Assembly (NCBI GenBank): GCA_002269645.1
Contig: NIVC01002893.1
Span: 34,011-98,010 of the forward strand
Direction of reading: 5' to 3'
DNA from: Macrostomum lignano
Taxonomy: Eukaryota
Length of the DNA: 64,000 nucleotides
In this document: positions 1 to 15,800 of the stretch, piece by piece
How the letters are laid out: every line of letters begins with the position of its first letter
Position numbering within the stretch: position 1 is the stretch's first letter
The notes under the pieces: generated by a model
What the model was told of the DNA's origin: nothing
The model's input: only the letters and a program-made list of their open reading frames with translations
The model's database searches: none
Made by a program: the position numbers and the translations under genes

Positions 1-1240
1 GCGATTCTTGGGGTAGTTTAGAGGCGATTCTTGGGGTAGTTTAGGGGCGATTCTTGGGGTAGTTTAGAGGCGATTCTTGGGGTAGCTTAGAGGCGATTCT
101 GAGGGTAGTTTAGAGGCGATTCTGGGGGTAGTTTAGAGGCGATTCTGGGGGTAGTTTAGAGGCGATTCTTGGGGTAGTTTAGAGGCGATTCTGGGGGTAG
201 TTTTGAGGCGATTCTGAGGGTAGTTTAGAGGCGATTCTGGGGGTAGTTTAGAGGCGATTCTGGGGGTAGTTTAGAGGCGATTCTTGGGGTAGTTTAGAGG
301 CGATTCTGGGGGTAGTTGTGAGGCGATTCTTGGGGTAGTTTAGAGGCGATTCTTGGGGTAGTTTAGAGGCGATTCTTGAGGTAGTTTAGAGGCGATTCTT
401 GGATAGTTTAGAGGCGATTCTTGGGGTAGTTTAGGGGCGATTCTTGGGGTAGTTTAGAGGCGATTCTTGAGGTAGTTTAGAGGCGATTCTTGGGGTAGTT
501 TAGAGGCGATTCTTGGGATAGTTTAGAGGCGATTCTTGGGGTAGTTTAGGGGCGATTCTTGGGGTAGTTTAGGGGCGATTCTTGGGGCAGTTTAGAGGCG
601 ATTCTTGGGATAGTTTAGAGGCGATTCTTGGGGTAGTTTAGGGGCGATTCTTGGGGTAGTTTAGAGGCGATTCTTGGGGTAGTTTAGGGGCGATTCTTGG
701 GGTAGTTTAGAGGCGATTCTTGGGGTAGCTTAGAGGCGATTCTGAGGGTAGTTTAGAGGCGATTCTGGGGGTAGTTTAGAGGCGATTCTGGGGGTAGTTT
801 AGAGGCGATTCTTGGGGTAGTTTAGAGGCGATTCTGGGGGTAGTTTTGAGGCGATTCTTGGGGTAGTTTAGAGGCGATTCTTGGGGTAGTTTAGAGGCGA
901 TTCTTAGGGTAGTTTAGGGGCGATTCTTGGGGTAGTTTAGGGGCGATTCTTGGGGTAGTTTAGGGGCGATTCTTGGGGTAGTTTAGGGGCGATTCTTGGG
1001 GTAGTTTAGGGGCGATTCTTGGGGTAGTTTAGGGGCGATTCTTGGGGTAGTTTAGGGGCGATTCTTGGGGTAGTTTAGGGGCGATTCTTGGGGTAGTTTA
1101 GGGGCGATTCTTGGGGTAGTTTAGGGGCGATTCTTGGGGTAGTTTAGGGGCGATTCTTGAGGTAGTTTAGGGGTGATTCTTGGGGTAGTTTAGGGGCGAT
1201 TCTTGGGGTAGTTTAGAAGTGATTCTTGGGGTAGTTTTAG
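1..1240. repeat. 23-bp minisatellite (GCGATTCTTGGGGTAGTTTAGAG)n, probably intronic in the UPF0489 gene
   Basis: About 54 near-identical units visible directly. The array ends at TTTTAG immediately before a candidate exon at 1241. Confidence 0.97.
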
Positions 1241-4677
<3,437 letters not shown>

Positions 4678-4899
4678 CATCAATCTTTGACAGTCTTTTG
4701 CTTTTGCTGCTGGTTGGGTTTATTTGACCAACTATTTCGTCGATAATCTTTTTCTCGGTTAAAGGTCTATTTAAAGATTTGATGTCGGTTTATAGCTTAA
4801 TCCAACGTATATTGAATGTCTAATCTTTACTGTACCAATACGGCATTGCTTTGTTTGTTTTCAATTATTTAACAATTTTCAACTGGTCAGTATATGTGA

Positions 4900-5225
4900 C
4901 GCCGAGTGCGGGCCTGCCCTCGTCGATGTGGCAGTGCAACTCGGCGCAGATCATGTGACTTGCCAGCTGGAGTCGCCAACGGCGCAGTAAGCTGCTTGAA
5001 AGGTGCCAACAGGGCGATACACTGCCGTATTTGTAACGACGCTAAAAAATACAGCGTGCCTTGCGTCAACCTGCTGTTCGAGCGAATCTGTCAGTGTCCA
5101 GGTCTCGGCGTTCCGAATGTGGCCTAAAATAACGCCGCCCTCTGGCGGTCAGACAGGGACTGCAGGACAGCCCTCACGGAAAGAAAGACAGCCCAGGCAA
5201 GCCCGGCAGCCTTGAGGCTCAGCAA
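4900..5225 (-). mobile_element. degraded non-LTR retrotransposon fragment (same family as 19117-19945)
   Basis: Clear nucleotide similarity to 19320-19640, e.g. ATGTGACTTGCCAGCTGGAGTCGCC vs ATGTGACCTGCCAGCTGAAGTCGCC, plus a shared CAGCCCAGGCAAGCCC. Confidence 0.75.
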
Positions 5226-5489
5226 GGACCTCTGTACGTAGTATACCAGAATACAAAACTCAAAGATCGTTTAATTTGTGGAGGCCAATTTCCTGGAAAA
5301 ACACAGGAAAAAAAGTAAAAAAAAAATTTTTCATGCCATAATCAATGATTGCGTTTGATCTGGGGTAGTTAAGATTATCATTCTTTCAATTTTGTATTCA
5401 CAGCATGTTTTTTATTTCATAAGCAAAAAGTTGTGGCCCTTTGACACACCACTACTACGAACTCCGGGACAGTCGCTGACTGCGCCCGG

Positions 5490-5900
5490 CAGCTCAAGGC
5501 CAGTGGCAATACTGTGTGGCTGAAGTGGATCCAGGGCAGGCAGGGTTCCCGGGGAATGAATTGGCGGACACCCTCGACAGGAGGGGCGGATCTGGCTCTT
5601 TCCTAGGCCTTTTTGAACCAAAACCGGAGGGAAAATCACGCCCACGTCATGACCCTTACCGGCAATGGTATCTCGCTAGGCACTCCTTCCTCCGAAGCGA
5701 CCTCGAGAGTGAACTTTGCCCTTTTTTCGAGTGCGACTATGAAGATGCTTAGCACTTTGTTTGTCACTCACTGCCCTTTCTTTACCTGCAGAGACCGGCT
5801 ACGCTACCTCGGGACGAACCCGTCTATTGACGAGGTCTGCCCAGCCTGACAGGATCCCACGGCTCATCCAGTTCCTTCGGGCGACTAGACGAGCCACAAT
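5490..5900 (+). mobile_element. 3' remnant of an RNase H-bearing LINE (RNase H end plus CCHC knuckle)
   Basis: WLKWIQGRQGFPGNELADTL resembles the RNase H motif WVPGH.G..GNE.AD. It is followed by YLARHSF...ELCPF...EDA*HF..HCP, with an in-frame stop. Confidence 0.65.
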
Positions 5901-6836
5901 AATGTTCACAACTTTGGGCTCATGAAATAAAAAGAAAACAATATGAAAATGAAACATTCATTAGACAATTATATAAAATACAACAACGTAACGTGTTTTG
6001 TATGCTAAATTAAAAGAATGGTACTCTTCACTTGATTGGCCTCCAAAATTTGCGTTATCAGTCGAATTTTACTTTCTATTATACAACAGTGGTCCTTGGT
6101 GCTTGTCTGTGAATGCGTTGTCCTGGGCTTTGGACATAGAGTTGGGATTAGGGTTAGAACAGGGTACGAGTTATTGGCACGCACAATGGAGTTGAACTAT
6201 CAATGATTATAAGATAAAAGTTTTGTTTTAAAAACCTGCTTTGACTAGTGATTGTGATTTTTCTGGCAGCGGGAGCCTTCAGAACATTTCCAAGAAATCA
6301 AGTTTTGCGTCCCTCTACTTCGTATGTGTATTGATGGTCTTTCAAAAAACCGAGTACACGGATTCTTCAGACTAAAGAGCGACCAGAAATACGATTAACA
6401 TATATGAAGTCGTTTTTTGAGAAGTGTTTTGTTAGAATACACTAGGAGCCATAAAAAGATTGCTCTGAGCGTTTAGTATGCTGAACCACGTTGAACTACA
6501 TCCTCATGGAAGTGAGCTTATATGCAGGTGTGCAAATTAACACGAACAAGATTTTGAGCAGGTTTATTGGCACTCAATATTTTTGTTTAATCTATTAACT
6601 CGCATGAAATAAACATTTTATGTTTTGGCTCCTAAAATTCAAAGTACAGAATCTATTTTGAAATTAAAAAAATCGCCATGTACTTATTAAGGTTACAAGC
6701 AGAAAATGTTTCTGGCTGGTCATTGGACTGTATGATTGGTTACTATACTATAATGTGGTTGCTACGTTAATGACTCAAGCGTTAAATCATACAACTCAAT
6801 TAACTACAATGAGTCTCGAAGTTAACTAGCATTGCA

Positions 6837-9800
6837 TCACTCAGCGGCCCGTTTCTTCGGCATTTTGTAGCTGCGAATCCAGATCTCCGACAAGCAGACG
6901 GACGAGTGGAACCTGAAGAATATGATCAACGGCAGGAAGATGTACTTCACAATGCTCCACGCCATCTTTCCAAAGTATCCGTTGGGAAAATCTTCCGCAA
7001 ATGTGCGCTTGGCTTCGAACACGGCCTCGATCCACATGGCCAGGTTGGCGATGAGCAGCCCGATGGTGAGTCCGCGGCCCGGCTTGTGGTTGTTCTCGAC
7101 TAGCTCCAGGGTGATGCGCCTCTGGATGGCCTGCATGATGAACAGCGTCTGCGAGATGGACTGGACCACCTCCAGCACGGACTGCGGGTGGGGCGTTGGT
7201 TGGCGATTGGCTTCTGTGTCTCACACTTGCTTGTGTCTGACACTTGCTTGTGTCTGACACTTGATGCTTGTGTCTGACACTTGATGCTTGTGTCTGACAC
7301 TTGATGCTTGTGTCTGACAATTGATGCTTGTGTCTGACACTTGATGCTTGTGTCTCTGACACTTGATGCTTGTGTCTGACACTTGATGCTTGTGTCTGAC
7401 ACTTGATGCTTGTGTCTGACACTTGATGCTTGTGTCTGACACTTGATGCTTGTGTCTGACACTTGATGCTTGTGTCTCTGACACTTGATGCTTGTGTGTG
7501 ACACTTGATGCTTGTGTCTCTGACACTTGATGCTTGTGTCTGACACTTGATGCTTGTGTCTGACACTTGATGCTTGTGTCTGACACTTGATGCTTGTGTC
7601 TGACACTTGATGCTTGTGTCTGACACTTGATGCTTGTGTCTGACACTTGATGCTTGTGTGTGACACTTGATGCTTGTGTGTGACACTTGATGCTTGTGTG
7701 TGACACTTGATGCTTGTGTCTGACACTTGATGCTTGTGTCTGACACTTGATGCTTGTGTCTGACACTTGATGCTTGTGTCTCTGACACTTGACGCTTGTG
7801 TCTCTGACACTTGATGCTTGTGTCTGACACTTGATGCTTGTGTCTGACACTTGATGCTTGTGTGTGACACTTGATGCTTGTGTGTGACACTTGATGCTTG
7901 TGTCTGAGACTTGATGCTTGTGTCTGAGACTTGATGCTTGTGTCTCTGACACTTGATGCTTGTGTCTCTGACACTTGATGCTTGTGTCTGACACTTAATG
8001 CTTGTGTCTGACACTTGATGCTTGTGTCTGACACTTGACGCTTGTGTCTGACAATTGATGCTTGTGTCTGACACTTGATGCTTGTGTCTCTGACACTTGA
8101 TGCTTGTGTCTGACACTTGATGCTTGTGTCTGACACTTGATGCTTGTGTCTGACACTTGATGCTTGTGTCTGACACTTGATGCTTGTGTCTGACACTTGA
8201 TGCTTGTGTCTCTGACACTTGATGCTTGTGTGTGACACTTGATGCTTGTGTCTCTGACACTTGATGCTTGTGTCTGACACTTGATGCTTGTGTCTGACAC
8301 TTGATGCTTGTGTCTGACACTTGATGCTTGTGTCTGACACTTGATGCTTGTGTCTGACACTTGATGCTTGTGTCTGACAATTGATGCTTGTGTGTGACAC
8401 TTGATGCTTGTGTGTGACACTTGATGCTTGTGTGTGACACTTGATGCTTGTGTCTGACACTTGATGCTTGTGTCTGAGACTTGATGCTTGTGTCTGAGAC
8501 TTGATGCTTGTGTCTGAGACTTGCATGATGCTTGTGTCTGACACTTGATGCTTGTGTCTGACACTTGATGCTTGTGTCTGACACTTGATGCTTGTGTCTG
8601 ACACTTGATGCTTGTGTGTGACACTTGATGCTTGTGTCTCTGACACTTGACGCTTGTGTCTCTGACACTTGATGCTTGTGTCTGACACTTGATGCTTGTG
8701 TGTGACACTTGATGCTTGTGTCTGACACTTGATGCTTGTGTGTGACACTTGATGCTTGTGTCTGAGACTTGATGCTTGTGTCTGAGACTTGATGCTTGTG
8801 TCTGAGACTTGATGCTTGTGTCTGAGACTTGCATGATGCTTGTGTGTGACACTTGATGCTTGTGTGTGACACTTGATGCTTGTGTGTGACACTTGATGCT
8901 TGTGTCTGACAATTGATGCTTATGTGTGACACTTGATGCTTGTGTGTGACACTTGATGCTTGTGTCTGAGACTTGATGCTTGTGTCTGAGACTTGATGCT
9001 TGTGTCTGAGACTTGATGCTTGTGTCTGAGACTTGATGCTTGTGTCTGAGACTTGCATGATGCTTGTGTGTGACGCTTGATGCTTGTGTGTGACACTTGA
9101 TGCTTGTGTGTGACACTTGATGCTTGTCCCTGACACTTGATGCTTGTGTCTCTGACACTTGATGCTTGTGTGTGACAATTGATGCTTGTGTCTGACACTT
9201 GATGCTTGTCTCTGACACTTGACGCTTGTGTCTCTGACACTTGATTCTTGTGTCTGACACTTGATGCTTGTGTCTCTGACACTTGATGCTTGTGTTTGAC
9301 ACTTGATGCTTGTGTGTGACACTTGATGCTTGTGTGTGACACTTGATGCTTGTGTCTTAGACTTGATGCTTGTGTCTGAGTCTTGATGCTTGTGTCTGAG
9401 ACTTGCATGATGCTTGTGTCTGACACTTGATGCTTGTGTGTGACACTTGATGCTTGTGTGTGACACTTGATGCTTGGGTCTGACAATTGATGCTTGTGTG
9501 TGACACTTGATGCTTGTGTGTGACACTTGATGCTTGTGTGTGACGCTTGATGCTTGTGTGTGACACTTGATGCTTGTCCCTGACACTTGATGCTTGTGTC
9601 TCTGACACTTGATGCTTGTGTGTGACAATTGATGCTTGTGTCTGACACTTGATGCTTGTCTCTGACACTTGATGCTTGTGTCTCTGACACTTGATTCTTG
9701 TGTCTGACACTTGATGCTTGTATCTAACAGGTAGCGTCTCTGTCTAACCAATGATTCAAAAAGATAATTTTGCGAGACACGTGCCGTAATGTTTAAATTC

Positions 9801-12800
9801 GGCTTTCAGCACCCAACAGAGCTCACCTTCAGTCCAGCCGCCTTAGTGATAATATTTTTATGTCCGATCCATGTCGGACAGTGGCTGATGTCGCTGGAGT
9901 CCACAGCGCAGGAGCCGACGGAGATGGCCACAAACAGGTTGAAGCACAGGATGCCCGCCAGGCCAACAAACAGCAGGTTTACGTCGAAGGCTTCGTTGCC
10001 GCGGACTCTGTAGAGTCGCAGATGGCGGACCGTCTTAACGATGCCAGTCACGGACATCGCCGAGGTGAACAGCAGCACCAGACACTCGATGCTGACTATG
10101 ACCAGCGTGTAGATGTTCTGGTGCGGCTGTTGAAGGACCGGGTTGGTGGGCCTGGGATTTGATTTTTATTCCGCCTTCCAAGATTTTGTGCTTGCTGAGT
10201 TTCTTAGAAAATGTTAAGGAGGCTGGTTTTCACCGAAATAGGAACTTTCACTTTTTTCAAATTAAAATTTTTATTGCTTTCGATAGGAGGCAGGCCCAAT
10301 GTTCATCTTTTGATATGCTGTGCCTTTCTTATGGCTCTATCGATTTTCATGAAGCTTTTTGTTTAGAAAATTAGAATTCTATGTCAATTTTTTTTTCTTC
10401 TACGTGCATTCCCTGTACCTAAAACTCAAAAATGCATGGCACAGCTCGACTCATTGATTTTATGAATCTATTTTGTCATCTCTGTTACACAATACTGTTC
10501 AGTCAGCTAAGGACAAAGTACCCTGGTAGGTTCATAAAACCAATAAGCCGAGCCGTGCCATTTTAATGGTTTTTAGGCACAGGGCATGTACCATTGTACG
10601 TAGAATAAAAATTAACATAGAATAGATAGAATACATAGAAGTTCAGTAGTCCTCACAGATACTAGAATACCTAGATGGGCCACTCAGCACATTTGCGAGT
10701 AAACTACTTTCAGTTCAGTAGAAAGTTAAACAGAAGCATTTTAATGTATTTTTAAGCCAAGGCTCATTTACTGGCGGCTCTTACTCCTAGCATAAACCCT
10801 CCAACCGCGCCTTTTTGCGCTACCCCCGCCCCGCCCCAATTTTATTGCCTTTCTTCGGAATTCCAGCCTAAAGCTGGAACATATATGTACGGTACATTTC
10901 AGTGGACTGGCCAATGTACATTACTGCTGAACCAATTAGCAAACTGTTTACGCCTGCAAGCTTGGCTTCTAAACTTATCTGTCATTTCATCTGCCTTTAT
11001 TTTATAAAATAGCTTATGTATTCTTCTTTGCTACTGAACTGAAAGTAGAAAGCTGTTTTGCTAATTTTAGTATCTGTGGGCGAGACTTGCACGACAACCT
11101 TAGGCAAAATTTGCTGTGACCGCGAGATAGTCAGAGGACGCGTTCTACCTCTGAGCTTCCCCCCCCCCGCTCTCAACCCCGGGATTTCTATAGGGGATTT
11201 GAACCCTATCCAAGTTAGACTGTTTGGGATTTGACAATCTGAAGAACGCAAACTATCTGGTTTGTTGGCGCACATTTTTGTCTGAGTTGAGCATCTGCAG
11301 GCTGATCATGGGCACCAGAACGCAGATCATGATGAGTAGGCCCAGGAAGAGACCTTTGTGCGACTTGTGACAGGCGGTGAACCTCGGCCCCTCCGGGTAC
11401 ATCTTCCTGCCGTAGGGGGTCACTTTGGTGTCGCCTATTTTGCTGAACACTTTGAAGCAGATGGCAGCGCAGATGAGGCCGTACTCGACTGCGCACGGGT
11501 ACAGGTAGGGGCCGAGCTTGTGTGATGGCCCGTTGTCTAGCAGATTCTCGTGGCAGTCTGGAGAGCAGATCACCGGTTGTATCACTCATTCACTCACTCA
11601 CTCACCCACTCGCTCACTCGCTCACTCGCTCACTCACTCACTCACTCACTCCCTCACTCACTCGCTCACTCACTCACTCACTCACTCACTCACTCACTCA
11701 CTCGCTCACTCACTCACTCACTCACTCGCTCACTCACTCACTCACTCACTCGCTCACTCACTCACTCACTCACTCACTCACTCACTCACTCACTCACTCG
11801 CTCACTCACTCACTCACTCACTCACTCACTCGCTCACTCACTCACTCACTCACTCGCTCACTCACTCACTCACTCACTCACTCACTCACTCACTCACTCA
11901 CTCACTCACTCACTCACTCACTCGCTCACTCACTCACTCACTCGCTCACTCACTCACTTACTCACTCGCTCACTCACTCACTCGCTCACTCGCTCACTCG
12001 CTCACTCACTCACCCACTCGCTCACTCACTCACTCACTCGCTCACTCACTCACCCACTCGCTCGCTCACTCACTCACTCGCTCACTCACTCACTCACTCA
12101 CTCACCCACTCACTCACTCACTCACTCACTCACTCGCTCACTCACTCACTCACTCGCTCACTCACTCACTCGCTCACTCACTCACTCACTCGCTCACTCA
12201 CTCACTTACTCACTTACTCACTCACTCATTCGCTCACTCACTCACTCACTCACTCACTCACTCACTCGCTCACTCACTCACTCACTCGCTCACTCACTCA
12301 CTCACTCGCTCACTCACTCACTCACTCGCTCACTCACTCACTCACTCACTCACTTACTCACTCACTCACTCACTCACTCGCTCACTCACTCACTCGCTCA
12401 CTCACTCACTTACTCACTCACTCACTCACTCACTCGCTCACTCACTCACTCGCTCACTCACTCACTCACTCGCTCACTCACTCACTCACTCACTCACTCA
12501 CTCACTCACTCACTCACTCACTTACTCACTCACTCACTCACTCACTCACTCGCTCACTCACTCACTCGCTCACTCACTCACTTACTCACTCACTCACTCA
12601 CTCACTCGCTCACTCACTCACTCGCTCACTCACTCACTCACTCGCTCACTCACTCACTCACTCGCTCACTCACTCACTCACTCACTCACTCGCTCACTCA
12701 CTCACTCACTCGCTCACTCACTCACTCACTCGCTCACTCACTCACTCACTCGCTCACTCACTCACCTGTACCATTGCCAGTGTAATTTTCAACACCGCCG

Positions 12801-15800
12801 TCTGGGTGACTCTTTAACGCATTGTGACTGTCGGCGGTGAGGCCCACCTTGATTTCATAGATGACAGTCTTGACCCAGATGCACAGGTTGGTGACAATCA
12901 GGTGCACCATCATGAACCGAGTCAGCAGCAGCTGCGTATTGAACGTAATCTGATGATGGCAAATGGGAGTCGCTAGTTCCCTAAAATCTACCTTGAACAT
13001 TTGTGAATAATCACAGAAAAATGTACATGTTAGCTTCTAGAGACGGAAGCCAAGGGCTCACCCTGTGATGCTTGAACAGGTAATAGGTTTGGGCCATGAT
13101 GAAAACCAGGTGAACCACCTGCTTGGGAATGAACCACATGTCATGGCAGGCCGCCAGGCCCTTCCGCTCGATCACCTCCGAGATTTTGAAGCCGTCGTGA
13201 ATCATGACCCCAAAACCAAACACTGAAAAATTATGAGATAAAGTGTTGCGGAGAAATAAAGTTTTATATTTTCATTATTCGATTCGAAATGGAATACTTG
13301 ATGCACTCACCAATGGCACCAAGTCGGAGGTACAAGTTAATCCCAGTCTCCGATTGCGTGATGGGATTGACCGTGAATGCGCTGGGTGTGAAGGGTGACT
13401 CTGCGTGGGTGCAACGGTGCAAAATTGCATCGCGTTAGTGAAGTCTGGGTGATTTTTTGAATGATAGAATACTATAGGATTAGCCCATTTTTGTTGCAAC
13501 ATGGCCTTAGTGCCAATTCAAGCTGCAGATAAGAGTGCTATATTTCGATTAATCATTGGTGCATGCTGGATGCGTCAACCGCAACAAAATCCGCCCAAAA
13601 AAAGAGCGTCTACTCTTTTTCAGTAGTTTTTCTGCGCAGAGTCACCTAAATTAAATCTGACAGCAAAAACTTCCTTTCCTTCCTAGGGGTTTGCGGCATA
13701 TGGGGTTAAAGAATGAAACAATAAGCATTTAAATCGATGTACAACATCGAGTGAACGCCAGACGGCCGAACTGCCTATCAGGCAGTACAAATCCAGCTCA
13801 GCCAATGAGAGAGCAGTAAGGAGAGAGGTCAAAATCAGACGGACGAAACTCAGCCTAGGGGCCAGGCCAAATCTAGCTCAGCCAATGAGAGAGCAGTAAG
13901 GAGAGAGGTCAAAATCAGACATAAGCTAGCAAGAGCAAAGCTTAAACTGTTTATTGGCCTGGCTGGGGCGCCACCCTTTTCTTTATTGCTCGCTTGTGCA
14001 CACGCACTGGATTTGGGTTTTTAGATTTTTTAGCTTCGGTCTTAAATTGATTTTTAAAAATAATTTCGATTCTGAGGCACGTCTGGAGTCGGGTAAAACA
14101 GGGTGAAGATGCTGATATAACGGGTCAATTCTACGAGAAAGCCAAATGCGATTGCTGCTGCTCTAGTAACTCTAAATATCTTGCAACGTTTACTATATTT
14201 TTAGTTTTACTATTTAAAAGTAAAAAACGCGATTATTACTATTGAAAATTAGTACATAAAGCGCATTTTTTCGAGATAACACCAATAGTTATTCAATATG
14301 GTATGTAGCTCTAGTATGTACTTTATGCACGGTCTGCTTCAGCGCTAATTTTGGCGCCACAGGTAGGCACTCATTTTGGCGCCGCAGGCACTCACAGGCA
14401 CTCATTTTGGCGCCACAGACAGGCACTCATTTTGGCGCCACAGACAGGCTTTCATTTTGGCACCACAGGCACTCAGTTTGGTACCCTAAAACAAAATTAT
14501 TGATTTCCACATCGGGTCACAAGGTAAATGGCTTTTACTGGGGGGGGGACATGTCCCCCCTGTCCCTCTCGGTGGCGACGCCCCTGCGCTTAACAATAAA
14601 GCCAAATTTAACAACAACGAAGAATATTAGAAAAAACCCTTTGATGCTTAAGGATGAATGACTCAAATTAAAGGCAGGTGACATTTTCTGAGGAAGGCCA
14701 AGCATGAAGGAGAAATCTTCAAGAATGAGCTCTGACAGAGTGCGTCCGACTCGCCTGGAGTGTCCGGCCCCTCGCCATCGGGCGACGCCAGGTAGCGCTC
14801 GTCGACCTGGCCGGCTCTCCTGCCACTGACAAGCACAGGAGGTAAGTCTGTCACCAGCGGATTTCGTTTCAGCATGCGACGGCGCGGTCTGTAGATCTGC
14901 GATCCGGCGGCGCCGCCGATGTCAGGTGCTGTGGATAGAAGGCCTTCATCGGCGGCGTCGGCCTCCGTGGTGGCCAGAGGGACAGTGCCTTGATGATCGG
15001 CGCCGTTGTGCGGAAGGTCCGGGCTGACCGGGTCTGTCTCCGGCGCATCGGCGGCGGCCTCCTGAAGGTGCGCCATTGGGATTTCGACCGTCTGCGGGCT
15101 GTGGCCGACGCTCAGCCCCTCGGAGGAGAACGCGGCAGCGGCGGTGGCAAATCGCTGGGCACGCTTTTTAGCTCGACGCTGGTGCAGCGAAATCAGCGAG
15201 TTGAGATAAATGATGCAGATGATGCCGACTCCGTGCATGAAGATGTAGAACATCTGCGGGGTGTTTAAATGAGGGGACCCCAGTGTTTGGATAGACTAAG
15301 TCACCCAGTCACTGCACTGGTCAGTCATTTTAAAAATCTGTCACCCAGTCACTGCTCAGTCATTTGGACGACTGTCACCCAATCACACTGCTCAGTGATT
15401 TTGGAAATCTGTCACTCAATCACACTGCTCAGTGATTTTGAAAATCTGTCACCCAATCACACTGCTCAGTGATTTTGGAAATCTGTCACTCAATCACACT
15501 GCTCAGTGATTTTGGAAATCTGTCACTCAATCACACTGCTCAGTGATTTTGGAAATCTGTCACCCAATCACACTGCTCAGTGATTTTGGAAATCTGTCAC
15601 CCAATCACACTGCTCAGTGATTTTGGAAATCTGTCACCCAATCACACTGCTCAGTGATTTTGGAAATCTGTCACCCAATCACACTGCTCAGTGATTTTGG
15701 AAATCTGTCACTCAATCACACTGCTCAGTGATTTTGGAAATCTGTCACTCAATCACACTGCTCAGTGATTTTTGGAAATCTGTCACCCATAACACTGCTC

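Noticed and set aside
6841-9751. Very long ORFs (683, 883, 435 aa) of HKHQVSDTSIKCQTQASSV repeats
   Set aside because: Translations of the 20-bp intronic minisatellite, open in several frames. Only 7181-6837 is real coding sequence.
11518-12840. Three 410-440-aa (LTHS)n ORFs
   Set aside because: A (CACT)n microsatellite with no stops on the + strand, lying in an intron on the opposite strand.
13794-13921. 46-bp direct repeat with CCAAT (AGCTCAGCCAATGAGAGAGCAG...) as a possible LTR pair or enhancer
   Set aside because: Too short and close for LTRs, with no TG..CA ends; treated as a local duplication.
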